From Felis catus (taxonomy: Eukaryota): a stretch of 64,000 bases of DNA. Every line of letters starts with the position of its first letter. Position 1 is the stretch's first letter. The stretch lies in assembly GCF_018350175.1 (NCBI RefSeq), contig NC_058369.1:18912001-18976000 (forward strand). The letters are read 5' to 3'. Shown here piece by piece: positions 61,209 through 64,000 of this stretch. The translations under genes and the position numbers were made by a program. Below the pieces are notes generated by a model. The model ran no database searches and had not been told where the DNA came from. It worked only from the letters and a program-made list of their open reading frames with translations.

Positions 61209-62769
61209 TATTGCATCTACTTAGCCAAGCAAGTGATTACATCCATGTGATTCTGGCTAAGCCTTGTGCCTAGGACACTCACAGAGCAAACCATTGTGGC
61301 TACTTAGTAAAACATTTTAAGGTTATCATTCCAAACTCTTTTTTAATCCACTTACTGACTTATATTTGAATATTGGGACAATCCTTTCCAATATGTCACC
61401 TTTTTGCTTATAGAATTACCAAGAAATAAATCTTAGTCTTTTGGAATAACAAATGCCAGTCCCACGATGGCTCTGCTGCCCTGCAGGACAATGCTTCAAA
61501 CCTTGGGCGTTGCCATAAACCACACACTACCCTGCACCTTCTGTCACCCTCTAGGTCTGGGGCTCCTCTAAACCTCAGCTTTCTATTTTGTCTGGGTGCA
61601 TGATTTTCATGGACTCAGCATGTCCTCTCCATAACAGTAGCAGCAAGGACTAGTGGGGACTGGAGCAATGGTAAAATAAAACCTCTTGTTCTTCCCCAGA
61701 TCTCTTTTCTTTCATAGTTTTAGGGGACATTTCAGAACTTGAGGTGCTGCTAAAGTGAAAATGCCTAATTGTGCCCGGAGGCTGGGATCTGTTCCCTGCC
61801 CTGTTGCTATCTTACTTGTGTGACTAGGGGAAAATCCCTTAATGACCCTTTCAGCACTTTCCCCCTCCTACAAGATATCTAATGTGAAATACTCTGAGCT
61901 AATAATGAGAACACTCAGTCCCTTCCTGGAAAGTCTGAAGTTTTCCTTCCTGCCTTTATTACTTTGCAGGTCCTGGTAAGGCAGATGGTTTTTTTGCTCT
62001 GCTGGAAAATTTCATCTGTGGGCTTGTATCATCTGTGTCTCTCCTGGTTCCTGTCTCTCATTTTAACATTTGATCAAACCCTACTTTCCATGCCAGGAAC
62101 CATGGCCCCAAATGACACCAAGGCAACAAGGAACAACATACAGGACATGGTCTTTCTCTTTGCTGGGTCCTCCCCTGTGAGCATTTAGGGGCTTGAAAGT
62201 GGGCACACCTCCCTGACTAGGCCTTGTATTCCCCATTCCAGGTGAGGATGCTGCTCAGATCAGCTCTTCTAAATAGCTCATACTTCCTGTTATTAGGCCG
62301 GGGGGGGGGGGGCGGTGGGGGCAAAAACCTTACTAATACAATGAGCCCTTGTAAGTTTAAAAAAAGAAAATTCCAGATGCTTTCTCTGAAAACCCTCAAT
62401 AATCACCTTAAGGAAAAGGGGAAAATAGTCAGGAGCAAAAACGTTGGAATAAGACTGGGGTTGGAATGGCCCCACCCTCTACTTTCCAGCTGTGGCAATT
62501 ACTGTCCTTACTTTAACAGGTCTTTGGTTTCCTTACCTATAAAAGCGGTTTTCTCATCTGGTTATTGTGAAAACTAAGTGAGATAATAAAGTGCCAGCCC
62601 TATAGTTTGATAAAGAGTGGCAATTATTATTACCCAATGAAATTGGGTAGAAGGCAGGAATAATTAGCCTTAATATGGCTTACCTCTCCAGAGAATAAAG
62701 TACTACCTGATAAAAGAGAGACCCACCAACAATGGTCCAGTTTGGAAGGTAAAGTCAAAGTACCCACAG

Positions 62770-63500
62770 TTCCGTGTAGCAGTTCCTCCTCTTCCTTGTA
62801 ACCCGTGTTGGCGTGCCCCAGGGCTCAGGGCTGGAACTCTGTTCTGTCTACACTCCCTCCCTCATTCCCTTGGTCATTTCATTCAAGCCTATGGCTTCAG
62901 ACACCAACACCAACAATATGCTGATACTTCCCAGATCTGTAGCTCTAACCCTGACCTTTGACCCTGAATTCCAGACTGATGTATCCAACTGTCAATTCCA
63001 CGTTTCACTTGAATGTGAGGCATCAAAAACTCAACCTACCCCAAACTGAGGTCTTGTTCTTCCTACCAAAACTGCTTCTCCCACATTCTTCCCTCTCTGC
63101 CCTCATCCCAGTCCATGTCTCCTGTTTCCACTGTGGCCACACAGGTACCAGTACCATCCTTCTGTGGCTGCATTACTGTAACACTCCTAACCAGCTGCAC
63201 TGCTTCTGCCCTTCCTACCTTTGGCCTATTTCCACATAGCAGCCAGAGGGATCATTTAAACATGGATGCCAAGTTATATTATTCTATTTAGAGCCTTCCA
63301 ATGGCTTTCCATCTCCCTCCTTACAGAAACCAAACTCATTTCACAAAGAGTGCATATCTTGTTTAATTTGTTGTCCATCTCCAATAATTACCCCACACCC
63401 ATCTCCATTTGAGCAGCAAATTTTATCAGCTTTGTTTGTTCCTGGATCACCAGCACCTGATGCAGTGCCTGTCCCACACAGGCCCTTCATACAGTTCTTG
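62770..63500 (+). mobile_element. L2 LINE fragment
   Basis: gtgccccagggctcag, ctgaattccagact...tatccaactg, cagccagagggatc, ccttccaatggct; approximate. Confidence 0.55.
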
Positions 63501-64000
63501 AATGAAGGAATGACTTCCGGACAAGATGCCTGAAAAGTGGAAAGGTAATTTTTAAGACTACTTAACCCAACAACCTCCTTTCACTGCAGATAAAGATTGC
63601 TTTATTTTAGAACGCTTTATTGGCTTTTCTGGCAGATTTGACACCATGATGTTGGGTTTGGGCTATACAATCAGGTTACCTTTTTTAAAGGTCCACTGAT
63701 AGAGACACCAGGTGCCGGTAACCAGAAAGCATATCAACAGTGTAGACAATCCACCTGGAAGCTTAGAGCTTGCCATTTGAACATTAGCTGTTAAGGAGAT
63801 TCTGGAAATGAGCTGCAAACTGAAAGCTTTCCTGCTAGATTGGGAGATTTGCAGAGAACTTTCCAGTTCTGAGACCTCGCACAAGTCACTCTTGGCTGGA
63901 TTTATTGCCTGAGATCTAGAAAGGCCCTGGGGAAGCTAGGTGGAATTTCCCTCATAAGTAGGACTACTGAACCTTTAACAGATGGTATTTGCCTGAAATA

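Noticed and set aside
63600..64000. Vaguely protein-like text near the window end, or a possible RBM6 start
   Set aside because: Multiple stops, no splice structure and no CpG island; RBM6 is expected beyond the window by synteny

Overview
Mammalian genomic DNA, almost certainly a felid or feliform carnivore (many tRNA-derived Can-SINEs of the SINEC_Fc type), syntenic with the human 3p21.31 CAMKV-ACTL11P-MST1R-MON1A block. Four protein-coding genes lie on the minus strand. CAMKV has 10 coding exons (4164->1069, 507 aa pseudokinase) and a non-coding exon 1/CpG island near 11.7-11.9 kb. An intact single-exon actin-like gene, ACTL11, runs 19001->15255 (1248 aa). MST1R/RON has 20 exons (40705->27838, 1400 aa). 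MON1A has 5 coding exons (49383->45074, 555 aa) with exon 1/promoter near 58.2-58.5 kb. Exon boundaries were read by hand from splice dinucleotides, and the phases sum to whole codons for all three spliced genes. The rest is intron/intergenic DNA with Can-SINEs, L1, L2, MIR, LTR16, MLT1, MER5 and Tigger2 relics. The most interesting observations are: the giant ACTL11 ORF, which has a second cryptic actin phosphate-loop motif in its N-terminal extension and an RFX X-box promoter; a cluster of X-box motifs across 9-30 kb; a ~150 bp inverted duplication in the last MST1R intron; loss of an exon-11 Met with in-frame ATGs in MST1R intron 10; an upstream MON1A ATG that is part of a ZNF143 motif; and a possible decayed coding relic in MON1A intron 1. 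Gene identities, repeat-family names and cross-species comparisons come from recall of the families, not from database searches.
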